Assembly: GCF_006345805.1 (NCBI RefSeq)
Contig: NC_042998.1
Location: forward strand, 159,464,001-159,528,000
Length of the DNA: 64,000 nucleotides
Source: Octopus sinensis
Taxonomy: Eukaryota
Direction of reading: 5' to 3'
In this document: in pieces, positions 12,040 through 23,804 of the stretch
Position numbering within the stretch: the stretch's first letter is position 1
Layout: each line of letters begins with the position of its first letter
The notes under the pieces: generated by a model
Seen by the model: the letters and a program-made list of their open reading frames with translations, nothing else
What the model was told of the DNA's origin: nothing
Databases searched by the model: none
Made by a program: the position numbers and the translations under genes

Positions 12040-13151
12040 ACAAATGAAAGGAAGTAGCCCTCAACACATTTGATAGGGGTTATGTGTATTAATAACAGTT
12101 TGACTCAGATCCTCCACAGTATTTAGCCCTTAAATGGCAGGAAAGGGTTGCATGAGTGTGTATGAGTGTGTATCACCTGGAGTTCATAATTGCCGACTCT
12201 ACCCCCATGATGAACTGCACATAATTCAGCAGCCTGAAGTATCCATCAATAGAAAGAATGAGTTATCATATTACTGCCAGTAGAGAGTAGGGCATACCTC
12301 TGATGAGAGCAATAAGATAGTTCATTCTTTCTTCAAGCCTCTAGTCACAAATAACCCAAACATACCACCCTAGGCCAAGCTGATCCACACATAATAACAA
12401 TGTATATAATTCCTGCTGTCGATATAAACTACTGTCTATTCACATTGGTCACATAATCAAAAACCATCAAATGATTGCTGCAGTCACCAATGTGTTAAAA
12501 CTCCAGAGAATGATGACTGACTTTACATAACATACCATGTGTGACACCAAATACAAGGGACTCATATTGCTGAATATACTAAACTCCATCTTGTACCATC
12601 ATCATTCCAACATTCTATCCTTAATACATGGACAGGAAAAAAAATTACTGATTTAGCTTTGATAACATTACAACTTGAGGAATGCAGTTAACCAACAGAA
12701 GCCTAAATCAGTCAGAGGCCATTTTGAACGTCTTTCAAAGTCTGCAGTCTGTCTTTGAACATCTGAGAAGCATATGATGTTACTTTAACCCTTAACTAGC
12801 AGACTTCATCAATTGATGTTCCATTAGAGAACAGCAGACATCAATTTTCATGGATACAACTTTCATCAAACGAAAGTGAATATTTTACAGAACTCCTCAA
12901 TAATGAGATTGTAAATTTTATTGTGTGAGAGACAAACAATTTTTGCAGTTTTGTACTTATCTAAAATGAAAATAAATATAAAAATTACCCCTACTAAAAA
13001 GATATTTTTTGTTTTTTGCCCTTTGTCATACACACTCATGCAACCCTTTCCTGCCATTTAAGGGCTAAATACTGTGGAGGATCTGAGTCAAACTGTTATT
13101 AATACACATAACCCCTATCAAATGTGTTGAGGGCTACTTCCTTTCATTTGT
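12040..13151. repeat. Perfect 126-bp inverted repeat (12040-12165 / 13026-13151)
   Basis: Base-by-base comparison by eye found no mismatch between the arms; 860-bp spacer. Confidence 0.9.
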
Positions 13152-13394
13152 TGGTTTACTTGTATATATGTACACATGCATGCACGTGTGTGTGTGAGTG
13201 TGTGTGAATGTGTGTGTATATAAATCCAAATTGAAGGAGTGAAACAGGTAAAATGTCCGCTACATTTGTTTAACTAGCTGAAGCTTATGATGCAATTGTT
13301 ATGCAATGAACTCTTCTCAACATAGCTAATTACCTGGCATAGTAATTAATGAACATTACATCGGCATACATAATTTCTAAGTCAGCCACAACAC

Positions 13395-13615
13395 AATGGT
13401 GAGTTCATCTGCAGGGAAGGTGATGGCCTGAATTTTGGGGGATGCAAAAGGCACTGTGATTATTATCCTCAGAAGAACCACACCATCAATGGAGAGTACT
13501 ATGACAACTCATTGAGGCAGAAAGGAAAGGCTATCAAGACCAATTGCCCAGGAACTGATGGAAGGGGTCTTGTTTCATCAGGGCAATGTTCCAGTATATG
13601 AGAACTGGTAAAACA
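13395..13615 (+). mobile_element. mariner transposase catalytic-domain fragment
   Basis: SAGKVMA.IFWDAKG..., TINGEYY, GVLFHQGN motifs across frameshifts. Confidence 0.8.
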
Positions 13616-13692
13616 CAAACCTTGTGAATGTGTACTCAGTATTGTTTATATCCTTCAGGCAGCTTCCCATTCATATTTGAATATACATGCAT

Positions 13693-13770
<78 letters not shown>

Positions 13771-13921
13771 TAATAAATACAATATATGTTTTTATGTGCT
13801 ACTATTAGTTTCATGTGGCAAGAGCATGCCAGACAGTATTTTTTAGCATATCTCTTTTCTGTAGACATGCAGAAATGAAGGTAACTGAGAAATATAAACT
13901 ATGTATCTTTCTCTCTTTCTT

Positions 13922-13988
<67 letters not shown>

Positions 13989-14257
13989 ACAAATAAGTAG
14001 ATATATTTATATATCACTGGAGATATATAAATACACACACACACATATCTGTTTAAATTTTTTTAAATATTTACAGCTCTTCAATGTGAAAAAAACAATC
14101 ATTTGTGACTTATCTTATCCCAGTGCTTGACTATCCCTGGAATATACATATATGCATATACATTGTACACACACACACACATATATATATATATAATATA
14201 TATATATATATATGTATGCATATATATATATATATATATATATTTCCCGTTTGGATT

Positions 14258-14314
<57 letters not shown>

Positions 14315-14325
14315 GTATATATGTA

Positions 14326-14345
<20 letters not shown>

Positions 14346-14356
<11 letters not shown>

Positions 14357-15270
14357 CATCATCATCATCATCAGCATCATCATCATTTAGCATCCGCTTT
14401 CCATGCTAGCATGGGTTGGACGGTTCAACTGGGGTCTGTGAAGCCAGAAGGCTGCATCAGGCCCAGTCTGACCTGGCAGTGTTTCTACGGCTGGATGACC
14501 TTCCTAACGCCAACCACTCCGTAAGTGTAGTGGGTGCTTTTTACGTGCCACCCACACAGGTGCCAGACGGAGCTGGCAAACGGCCACAGATGGATGGTGC
14601 TTTTTACTTGCCACCGGCACGGGGGCCAGGCGAGGCTGGCAACGGCCATGAACGGATGGTGCTATGTGCCACCGGAACGGGGGCCAGGCGAGGCTGGCAA
14701 CAGCCATGAACGGATGGTGCTTTTTACGTGCCACCGGCACGGAGGCAATTCGGGGCGGCGCTGGCAACGGCCACGAATGGATGGTTCGCTTACTTGTCAC
14801 CGGCACTGGTATCACAGCTGCAATTTCCATTGATGTTGATCGACTTCGATTTTGGTTCTGCTTTCTGATATCTGATTTGATTTGGTTTGATTTTAATTTT
14901 GATTTTCACTTGCCTCAACGGGTCTTCACAAGTGGAGTTTTGTGTCCCAAGAAGGAAAGGTATGTTTAAGTCGACTGGCTACATACCAGGTAGAGGCCAC
15001 GGGTTATGGTCTCACTAGTCTTGCCGGGTCTTCTCATGCACAGCATACTTCCATAGGTCTCGGTCTCTAGTCATTTCCTTGGTGAGACCTAAAGTTCGAA
15101 GATCGTGCTTCACCACCTCATCCCAGGTTTTCCTGGGTCTACCTCTTCCACAGGTTCCCTCAACTGCTAGGGTGTGGCACTTTTGCACACAACTATCTTC
15201 AGCCATTCTCTTCACATGACCATACCAGTGCAAACGTCTCTCTTGCACACCACAACTGATGCTTCTTACG
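14346..15270 (-). mobile_element. RTE-clade LINE 3' fragment with long repeated 3' UTR and (ATG)n tail
   Basis: QERRLHWYGHVKRMAEDSCVQKC..GRGRPRKTWDEVVKHDL ORF end, GC-rich UTR with roughly 60-bp repeats, (cat)n tail at 14346-14385. Confidence 0.9.
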
Positions 15271-15312
<42 letters not shown>

Positions 15313-15402
15313 ATATATATATATGTATGTATATATGTATATATATGTGCATATATATATATATACATATACACATTACATATACATATATATATATATA
15401 TA

Positions 15403-15720
15403 TCATCATCATCATCATCATCATTTAGCATCCGTTTTCCATGCTAGCATGGGTTGGACGGTTCAACTGGGGTCTGTGAAACTGGAAGGCTTCATCAGGC
15501 CCAGTCAGATCTGGCAGTGTTTCTACGGCTGGATGCCCTTCCTAACGCCAACCACTCCGTGAGTGTAGTGGGTGCTTTTTACGTGCCACCCGCACAGGTG
15601 CCAGACAAAGCTGGCAAACGGCCACGAAACGGATGGTGCTTTTACGTGTCACCGGCACGGGGGCCAGGCGAGGCTGGCAACGGACACGAACGGGGCAACG
15701 GACACGAACGGGCAACGGAT
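15403..15720 (-). mobile_element. Second RTE LINE 3' UTR copy
   Basis: Closely similar to 14367-14650, with its own (cat)n tail. Confidence 0.88.
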
Positions 15721-15722
15721 AT

Positions 15723-15878
15723 ACTCTTTTACTTGTTTCAGTCCTATGACTGGCCATGCTGGAGCACCGCCTTTAGTTGAGCAAATCGACCCCGGGATTT
15801 ATTCTTTGTAAGCCCAGTACTTATTCTATCGGTCTCTTTTGCCGAACCGCTAAGTGACGGGGACGTAAACACACCAGC
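15723..15878 (-). mobile_element. CORE-like SINE, 3' half
   Basis: tactcttttacttgtttcagtc...ccatgctggagcaccgcctttag tail shared with more than ten copies in the window. Confidence 0.85.
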
Positions 15879-15905
<27 letters not shown>

Positions 15906-15909
<4 letters not shown>

Positions 15910-16140
15910 GTCTGGGGAGAGTCATTATCTTTTAATGCCTTATTAATTGACACACTCACCATTTCAATTTCCACTCATTTACTTATTTAGAAAAATAAAT
16001 AAATTAGTAAATGAGTGGAAGTCAAACAGGTGAGTGTGTTAATTAATAAGGTATTAAAACAGAATAACTCTCCCCAGGCACAATAAAATGTTTCAACACA
16101 CAAATTCACATAAAGAATCTTGCAAACCGAATACAAAAAC
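15906..16140. mobile_element. Palindromic MITE-like element (same family as 21691-21967 and 53200-53790)
   Basis: ttgtgtctggggagagtcatt...aataactctccccaggcacaa fold-back with almost no spacer. Confidence 0.75.
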
Positions 16141-17061
16141 AACATATATATATATGTGTGTGTGTGTGTGTATCATCATTGCTTAACATCTGCCTTCCAT
16201 ACTGGCATGGAGCATGGAGTTTTATAAGTGCTAAAGTACGAAACTCTCAGCCCATGAGTCCCTGTTACTTCTACCAAATACAAATAAATGTATATGTATA
16301 TTACAGATACAAACACATATACACATATATACACACACACATACACACATGCACACACACAGATTTATATATATATATATATAGTCACACATGCACACAC
16401 ATTCTGACAGAGAGAAAAGGGACAAAGAAAGTGAAAGAGTAAGACAGTGAGAGAGGGAAAAAACTGTAATAGTCAATTTATTCAAAGCAGGGACATGAAG
16501 TGTAACAATGCAATATAGTAACATGCTTCAGTGGTCAGGCTATAAACACATGAATGCATTTCATATGATTTCCAAGCTCATTCCTGGGCTGGCTCTCACA
16601 CCACACGTTGTTGTTGCTGTAATATCTAATGCTAAACACTCAGAGATAGATCGATGTTGCATCATATTTCCAACAGCACAATGTTTGAAGTGAATGAGGG
16701 TTGCTTGAACTGCTAAAAATAGCAGTCAAATTTCTCCTAAATTGCATCATACTCAATTCATTTAAGAATATATTTGATTATGCAAGTGCCTGATGTACAG
16801 ACAAAAATGGATGGTTGCAAGTGGAATGCCTTTGATCATGTGGTGGTTCCATCAGCTCTGGACTGAGACTAAACAACAACAGCACCAACAGCAAACAACA
16901 AAAAGAATAAAATGTTCAAAATAAATAAACCACTAGTCGATAAGAGGTTGAATTCACATGCATTGAATTATCATGTTATATATTCAGAGCAAGAAAGTGA
17001 CAAAATATTCATGCACACTCATACATGCATATATATTTATATATATGTATATATATATGTA

Positions 17062-17460
17062 TATTCTTTTATTCTTTTGTTTGTATCAATCATTTGACTG
17101 CAGTCATGCTGGAGCACCACTTTAAAAGGTTTTTTAGTGAAGGAAATCTTTCCCAGGGCTTATTCTTTGTAAGCGTAGTACTTATTCTATCGGTCTCTTT
17201 TGCCAAATCATTAAGTTATGGGGACGTAAACACACCAACATTGGTTGTCAAGCAATTGTTGGGGGACAAACAGAGAAACAAAGACACACACACACACTGT
17301 AGGCTTCTTTCAGTTTCCATCTACCAAATCCACTCACATGGCTTTGGTCAGCCCAAAGCTATAGTAGAACATACTTGCCCAATGTGCCATGCAGTAGGAC
17401 TGAACCCAGAATCATGTGGTTGGGAAGCAAGCTTCTTATGACACAGCCATGCTTGTGCCT
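17062..17460 (-). mobile_element. Full-length CORE-like tRNA-derived SINE
   Basis: A box tggctgtgt, B box gggttcagtcc, ttgggcaagt CORE-like motif, internal (TG)n, family tail. Confidence 0.88.
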
Positions 17461-17468
17461 GGTGTATT

Positions 17469-18336
17469 TATATATGTCTGATCAGTAAGTATCCTGACTG
17501 TTGCTATAGTAACGAAGCTAAAGCACACAGAGTAAAGCTGCTTGACACAGATCGACCTTAAACTCTGCTATGCATGTGCACTAAGTTTTAACATTCCAGG
17601 TTACTTCCACTGTTTACATCACCACTTCGAAGGAAGATGTATAGCTTGTGATCGTCACATTGATCATGACAGAGAAAGTTGTCGTGACAATATCTGCTCA
17701 CAGGCCTACGCAAAGTTGCAAAAGGTGTATGAGCCATACACAAGTGTATGAGTGGTTCAGATGTTTCAAAGATAGCCAAAAAATGTTGATATTGACGAAC
17801 ATTCTTGGAGACTTGCAACCAGCTGAACTGAAAAATACATTACAGATGTGCATACTGCTGTGAGAGGAAATCGTCATCTGTGAGCTGTTAGAAGATGTGC
17901 AGATTAGTTACGGTTCAGTTCAGTCCATTATCACTGAAGATTTGAGTATGAGACGTGTTTCTGCCAAGTGTATGCCAAAATAGCTTTCAGCTGACCAAAA
18001 AGACACTCGGGTTTCAGTTGCACAAGATCTCCTTGATTGTGTCAAGAACAATAAAACTTTGTGTAGTCCTCTCAGCAGGTATTGCCAAGCTTTAGGCAAA
18101 ATTTGATGCAGATTTTCTGCTCAACTTTTGGTGTCATGGTCAATGCGACGATCACACGCTACACACATTCCTTCCAAGCACTGCTGTAAACAGTGGAAGT
18201 AAGCTAGAACATTAAAACTTAGTGCACATGCACTGCACAGCAGAATTCAAGGTTAATCTGTGTCCATCAGCTTCACTCTCCATGCTTTAGCTTCATTACT
18301 ATAGCAACAGTTTGGATACTTATTGATCAGACCATG
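17469..18336 (+). mobile_element. Internally deleted mariner element with about 200-bp TIRs
   Basis: TIRs at about 17469-17670 and 18135-18336, TA flanks; decayed HTH (VYEWFRCFKD, LSMRRVSAKCMPK). Confidence 0.88.
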
Positions 18337-18344
18337 TATATATA

Positions 18345-19546
18345 CAGGGGCTGGACATCATAGCATCATAATTTTGAAAAGTCTATAAAACCATCAATAG
18401 CTTGTTTATTTTTATGCTTCTTGATTTATTATTAGTGTTGCTTAATATGTTTTATTAAAATTGCTGTTTCTTTTCATATATCATCAGAAGAAGGTAATTA
18501 AAATTCATTAAAATGACAGCTCTATCGGACTTTCAAAAAGGTCAAATTGTTGGTGCTTGTATGGCAGGTGCTAGTGTGACAAAAATAGCTGAAATGTTTG
18601 GTGTATCAAGAAGTACTGTCTCAAAAGTAGTGACAGCCTTTTAGAAAGAGGGAAAATCCTACTCTCAAAACAAAACTCCGGATCACATAAGTACAGCTCT
18701 CAAAATTACTGCAGAGCTTAATGACCACCTCAAGATCCCAGTTTCCATGAAAACTGTTCACTGGGAGCTGCACAAAGCTGGATTTCACAGGAGGGTTGCA
18801 ATCAGAAAACCACAGCTTTCAAAAACAAATGTTGCAAAGTGTTTAGAGTGGAGTAAAACTCTACCAGATTGGTCCCTAGGGCAGTGGAAGAATGTTATCT
18901 TCTCAGACAAGTCAACCTCTACCTTATTTCTGTATACATGTAGAGACCGAGTATACATGTAGAGACCGCAGACAGCCAAAAGAAGAATTTGACCCAGACA
19001 GCCTTCTTCCAACTGTTAAACATGGAGGAGAATCTGTGATGATCAGGGGGTGGGGCTATATCTTCGAAATCCGCCAGCCCAATGGTTTCCCTTCATGGCA
19101 GAATTAATAGTCAAAACTATTTAAGCAGAATATATCTAATCAAATTCATCCTATGGTGGCAGAACTGTTTCTGGTGGAAAACGCAATCTTTCAAGATGAT
19201 AATGTACCGATTCACACAGCTAAAGTTGTTACTGAATGGCACAAGGAACATTCTAGTGAAGTTGAACATTTTATCTGGCCATCACAGTCCCCATATCTCA
19301 ATATTATTGAACATTTATGGTGTATTTTAGAAAAACAAGTAAAGAGTTGATATCCTCCACCATCATCACTGCAAGAACCGGAGACTGTTTTAGCTGAATA
19401 ATGGACAAAAATTCCTTTGGAAACAATTCAAACTTTGTACAAGACCATACCCTGTAGAATTCAAGCTGCCAAAGGTGGTCCTACACAATACTAAAATAAA
19501 TTTGTTTGAAATTTTAAGGTATTTCCATAATTCCGTCCAACTCCTG
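18345..19546 (+). mobile_element. Tc1-family DNA transposon, decayed DD34E transposase
   Basis: caggggctggac / gtccaactcctg TIRs with TA flanks; LSDFQKGQIVG, WKNVIFSDKS, TVKHGGESVM, FQDDNVPIH, WPSQSPYLNIIEHLW motifs. Confidence 0.92.
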
Positions 19547-19553
19547 TATATAT

Positions 19554-20070
19554 ATCTCTTTTACTTGTTTCAGTCATTTGACTGTGGCCATGCTGGAGCA
19601 CCGCCTTTAGTCAAGCAAATCGACCCCAGGACTTATTCTTTGTAAGCCTAGTACTTATTCTATCAGTCTCTTTTGCTGAACCACTAAGTTACGGGGACGT
19701 AAACACACCAGCATTGGTTGTCAAGCGATGCTGTGGGGACAAACACACACACATACACATATATATATAACGGAAAGCTTTATGAAAATAGACAAAAGAC
19801 GAAGGCAGGTTTACGGAAATAAACAAAAGACGAAGGCAGGTGGAACACAAACAAACAATTGTATTAGTATGGCGCTCAGGAAATATAAATAAAACAAATA
19901 CATATGCATATATACGACGGGATTCTTTCTGTTTCTGTCTACCAATTCCACTCACAAGGCTTTGGTCAGCCCGAGGCTATAGTAGAAGACACTTGCCATG
20001 CAGTGGGACTGAACCCGGAACCATGTGGTTGGTAAGCAAGCTACTTACCACACAGCCACTCCTGTGCCTA
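19554..20070 (-). mobile_element. Full-length CORE-like SINE with a roughly 145-bp insert (19760-19905)
   Basis: Family head and tail; the insert is homologous to the sequence just downstream of the hammerhead-like motif at 21541. Confidence 0.85.
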
Positions 20071-20094
20071 TACATATATTGACGAGTTTCGTTT

Positions 20095-20186
20095 TTTCAC
20101 TTCCCTGAAGAGAAGATTGCATTGTTTTATACCATTTATTCTTTTGAATATCAGTGAAATCTTCGAAATATGTGTCGAAAGTAAAA
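20095..20186 (+). ncRNA. Type I hammerhead ribozyme motif, canonical core
   Basis: Stem I UUUCACUUCC/GAAAGUAAAA (2 mismatches), CUGAAGA 20105-20111, 7-bp stem II GAAGAUU/AAUCUUC, GAAA 20165-20168, loopless palindromic stem III AUAUGUGU, GUC cleavage triplet ending at 20176. Confidence 0.8.
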
Positions 20187-20227
20187 GTATTTGATTTATA
20201 CCTGCGTTTCAAAATCAAATTCAATGA

Positions 20228-20618
20228 CTAGCATCTGTGCTAGCAGGATGCCAAGAGCACCATCTGAGCATGATCATTGCCAGAGCAGCCAAATGGCTTC
20301 TGTGCCAGTGGCACGTAAAAGGGCACCATTCGAGCGTGATCGTTACCAACATCACCTTACTGGCACCTGTGCTGGTGGCATGTGTAAAAGGATTCGAGCG
20401 AGGTCGTTGCCAGTACTGCCTGACTGGCTCCCATGCTGGTGGCACGTAAAAAGCACCCACTACACTCTCGGAGTGGTTGGCATTAGGAAGGGCATCCAGC
20501 TGTAGAAACTCTGCCAAATCAAGATTGGAGGCTGGTGCAGCCATCTGGTTCGCCAGCCATCAGTCAAAATCGTCCAACCCATGCTAGCATGGAAAGCGGA
20601 CGTTAAATGATGATGATG

Positions 20619-20620
<2 letters not shown>
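20228..20620 (+). mobile_element. RTE LINE 3' UTR
   Basis: gtggcacgtaaaaagcacc repeats, aggaagggcatccagctgtagaaac motif, (atg)n tail. Confidence 0.88.
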
Positions 20621-20651
<31 letters not shown>

Positions 20652-20699
20652 TATATATACATATATATGCATATATATATATATATATATATATATACG

Positions 20700-20994
20700 G
20701 AATAGAGTAGATAAAATCTGGGCTATATATGTTTCATAGCAAGCTGAACCTCAGAAGTGGTAAATATCCAAGTGACGTGTATACTGACATGTATACGTAT
20801 TCAATCAGAATGTATAGAAAGCAATCTTCCATGCATTAACATGTATCTCCTTGCAGCAATATAAATTTTCATTTAATGAAGATATCCTTGGCCTGAAGAG
20901 TAGCCTGTGGTATAAACATTGCCAGGATATTTACCACTTCTGAGGTTCTGCTTGCTATGAAACATATACAGCCTGGATCTTATCTACTCCATTC
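20700..20994 (+). mobile_element. PLE-type mini-element: 70-bp inverted arms around a decayed hammerhead (20887-20926)
   Basis: 20700-20769 is inverted at 20925-20994; CUUGGC-CUGAAGA...AAAC-AUU-GCCAGG with G12 missing. Confidence 0.65.
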
Positions 20995-21321
20995 TATAAC
21001 TCTTGTATTCTTATTCGCACACCTGGCAAACCATGGTTGCCTACTATGAAATATAAAAAGAATTTTTTTTTAGTGTATCATACTTTGATATGAAAAAGCC
21101 CACAACCTTCTGTCTCAATAAACCACTATTGCCCCAGAAATTTGTTTTTTTATATTTACTACAGATTACTTGAAACTAATTTTCTTCTGACACCTCGATC
21201 TCTAGATCTTATACTTTATATATATGTACATATGTGCATGTATCATCATCATCATCATTTTAACGTCCACTTGTCCATGCTGACAAGAGTTACACAGAAT
21301 TTGTTTTGGCAGGTTTTCTGA

Positions 21322-21480
21322 AGTATTGGTGTGGCTGTGTGGTAAGAAGCTAACTTCTGAACTACATGGTTTTGGATTCAGTCCCATTGACTGGCACCTT
21401 GGGCAAGTATCTTTTATTGTAGCCTCAGATTGACCAAAGCCTTGTAAGTGGATTACAGAGAGGAAAACTGAATGAAGCTC
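21322..21480 (+). mobile_element. CORE-like SINE, 5' half
   Basis: tggctgtgtggtaag, ttcagtccc and ggcaccttgggcaagt motifs. Confidence 0.85.
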
Positions 21481-21540
21481 ATGGTACATTGCTAGCCACT
21501 ACACATTCTATATTTTATCTCCTTGGTTCTTTCTGTGTCC

Positions 21541-21578
21541 CTTTCTGTGGAAGAGCATAGGCTTGAAACGTTACAGAC
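21541..21578 (+). ncRNA. Hammerhead-like motif with variant core CUGUGGA+A
   Basis: Stem II GAGC-AUAG-GCUU, GAAA, palindromic ACGU stem III, GUU triplet; stem I weak in this copy. Confidence 0.5.
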
Positions 21579-21690
21579 TTTTTCACTTCCCGAGTGTTAT
21601 ACTATTACATCTGTTTGTTGTCTACACCACCCACCCTCATATTTTGTTTTTTGTGAATTCTCCCCCTATATATATATATATATATATATA

Positions 21691-21967
21691 TTGTGTCTGG
21701 GAAGAGTCATTCTTTTTTAGTGCCTTATTATTTAACGCACTCACCAGTAAAGTTTCCAATCATTTACTCATTTATTTTTCCTAAAATTTTCGATGCGCCT
21801 TGCAACCTTTTCAAGAGTCACCAAGGACTGTTGAAAAGGTTGCAAGATGCAACGAAAATTTTAGAAAAATAAATAAATGAGTGGAAACCTTACTGGTGAG
21901 TCTGCTAAATAATAAGGCACTAAAAGAGAATGACTCTCCTCAGACACAACAATATATGCTTCAACAC
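21691..21967. mobile_element. Palindromic MITE-like element, arms about 125 bp
   Basis: 21691-21819 is the reverse complement of about 21826-21949, with a spacer of about 6 bp. Confidence 0.82.
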
Positions 21968-23360
21968 ATCATCATCATCATCGTCGTCGTTTAACGTCCG
22001 TTCTCCATGCTAGCATGGGTTGGACGGTTCGACCGGGGTTCTGGGAAGCCAGAAGGCTGCACCAGGCTCCAGTCTAATCTGGCAATGTTTCTTCAGCTGG
22101 ATGCCCTTCCTAACACCAACCACTCCGTGAGTGTAGTGGGTGCTTTTTACGTGCCACCTGCACAGGTGCCAGGCGGGCTGGCAACGGCCACGGTCAGATT
22201 GGTGTATTTTATGTGCCACCGGCACGGAAGCCAGTCGAGGCGGTGCTGGCATCGGCCACGAGTCGGATAGTGCTTTTTACGTACCACCAGACCAGGGATC
22301 CTGGCTGGTTCCATTCGATTTCGATTTCGCTTGCCCCAACATGTCCTCACAAGCAAAGGGGGTTGGCATGGGTGCCTGTCGTACGGTCGCATTGGAGTAT
22401 TTTACTTGCCACGGCCACGAGTCGGATAGTGCTTTTTACGTACCACCAGACCCAGGATCCTGGCTGGTTCAATTCGATTTCGATTTCGCTTGCCCCAACA
22501 TGTCTTCACAAGCAAAGGGGGTTGGCATGGGTGCCTGTCGTACGGTCGCATTGGAGTATTTTACGTGCCACGGCCACGAGTCGGATAGTGCTTTTTACGT
22601 ACCACCAGGCCAGGGATCCTGGCTGGTTCAATTCGGTTTCGATTTCGATTTCGCTTGCCCCAACATGTCTTCGCAAGCATGGGGGTTGGCATGGGTGTCT
22701 GTCATCGGATGAGGTTCTATATCGACTTCGCTTGCCTCAACCGGTCCTTTGTGTCCAAGGGAGGAAAGGCATTTATAAGTGGGCTGGGCTCACTTGTCCT
22801 GCCTGGTCTTCTCACGTACAGAATATTTCCAAAGGTCTCGGTCTCTGTCATTTCCTCAGTGAGGCCTAAAGTTCGAAGGTCGTGCTTCACCACCTCGTCC
22901 CAGGTTTTCTGGGTCTACCTCTACCTCTTCCACGGGTTCCCTCACTGCCAGGGATTGGCACTTTCTCACATACCTATCTTCATCCATTCTCGCCACATGA
23001 CCATACCAGCGCAATCGTCTCTCTTGCACACCACAACTGATGCTTCTTAGGTACAACATTTCTCTCAAGGTGCTAACGCTCTGTCGAGTATGTACACTGA
23101 CATTACACATCCATCGGAGCATACTGGCTTCATTCCTCACGAGCTTACGCATGTCCTCAGCAGTCACGGCCCATGTTTCGCTGCCATGTTTCGCTGCCAT
23201 GGCTGTTCGTACACACGCATCATACAGTCTGCCTTTTACTCTGAGCGAGAGGCCTTTAGTCACCAGCAGAGGTAAGAGCTCCCTAAACTTTGCCCAGGCT
23301 ATTCTTATTCTAGCAGTTACACTTTCAGCGCACCCACTCCCACTACTGACTAAACTAACT
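21966..23360 (-). mobile_element. RTE-clade LINE 3' fragment, UTR with a 159-bp tandem triplication
   Basis: ARIRIAWAKFRELLPLL..KGRLYDACVRTAM..HGSETW..RRLRWYGHVARMDED; the UTR unit restarts at 22260, 22419 and 22578. Confidence 0.92.
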
Positions 23361-23404
23361 CTCATAAACACATGAACTCACATAAAGAATCTTGCATATA
23401 TATA

Positions 23405-23804
23405 TATATCTTTTACTTGTTTGAGTCATTAGACTGTGGCCATGCTGAGATACCACCTTGCAGAATTTTAGTCGAACTAATCAACCCCAGTAATTATTTT
23501 TTTCTAGGCCTGGTACCTATTCTATTGGTCACTTTTGCTGAACTTCTAAATTACAGGGAAATGAACACACTAACACCAGTTGTCAAGTGGTAGTAGGTGA
23601 CAAACACCAATACAGACAGACAGATAGACATAAACACACACATATATGATGGGCTTTCAGTTTTTGTCAATCAAATCCAATCACAAGGCTTTGGTTGACC
23701 TGAGGCTATAGTAGGAGACAGTTGGCCAAGGTATCAAGTGGTGGGATTGAACCCAGAACCATGTGGTTGGGAAGCAAACTTCTTACCACACAGCAGCACC
23801 TGCA

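Noticed and set aside
12300-12335. Isolated CUGAUGA/CUGAAGA heptamers (also 7094, 11885, 30743, 51718, 54402)
   Set aside because: No correctly placed GAAA, NUH or stem I; several lie inside TE coding sequence.
14530-14780. Regularly spaced repeats resembling a CRISPR array (also 22255-22700)
   Set aside because: Whole units are repeated with no unique spacers, they lie in a LINE 3' UTR, the context is eukaryotic and there are no cas genes.
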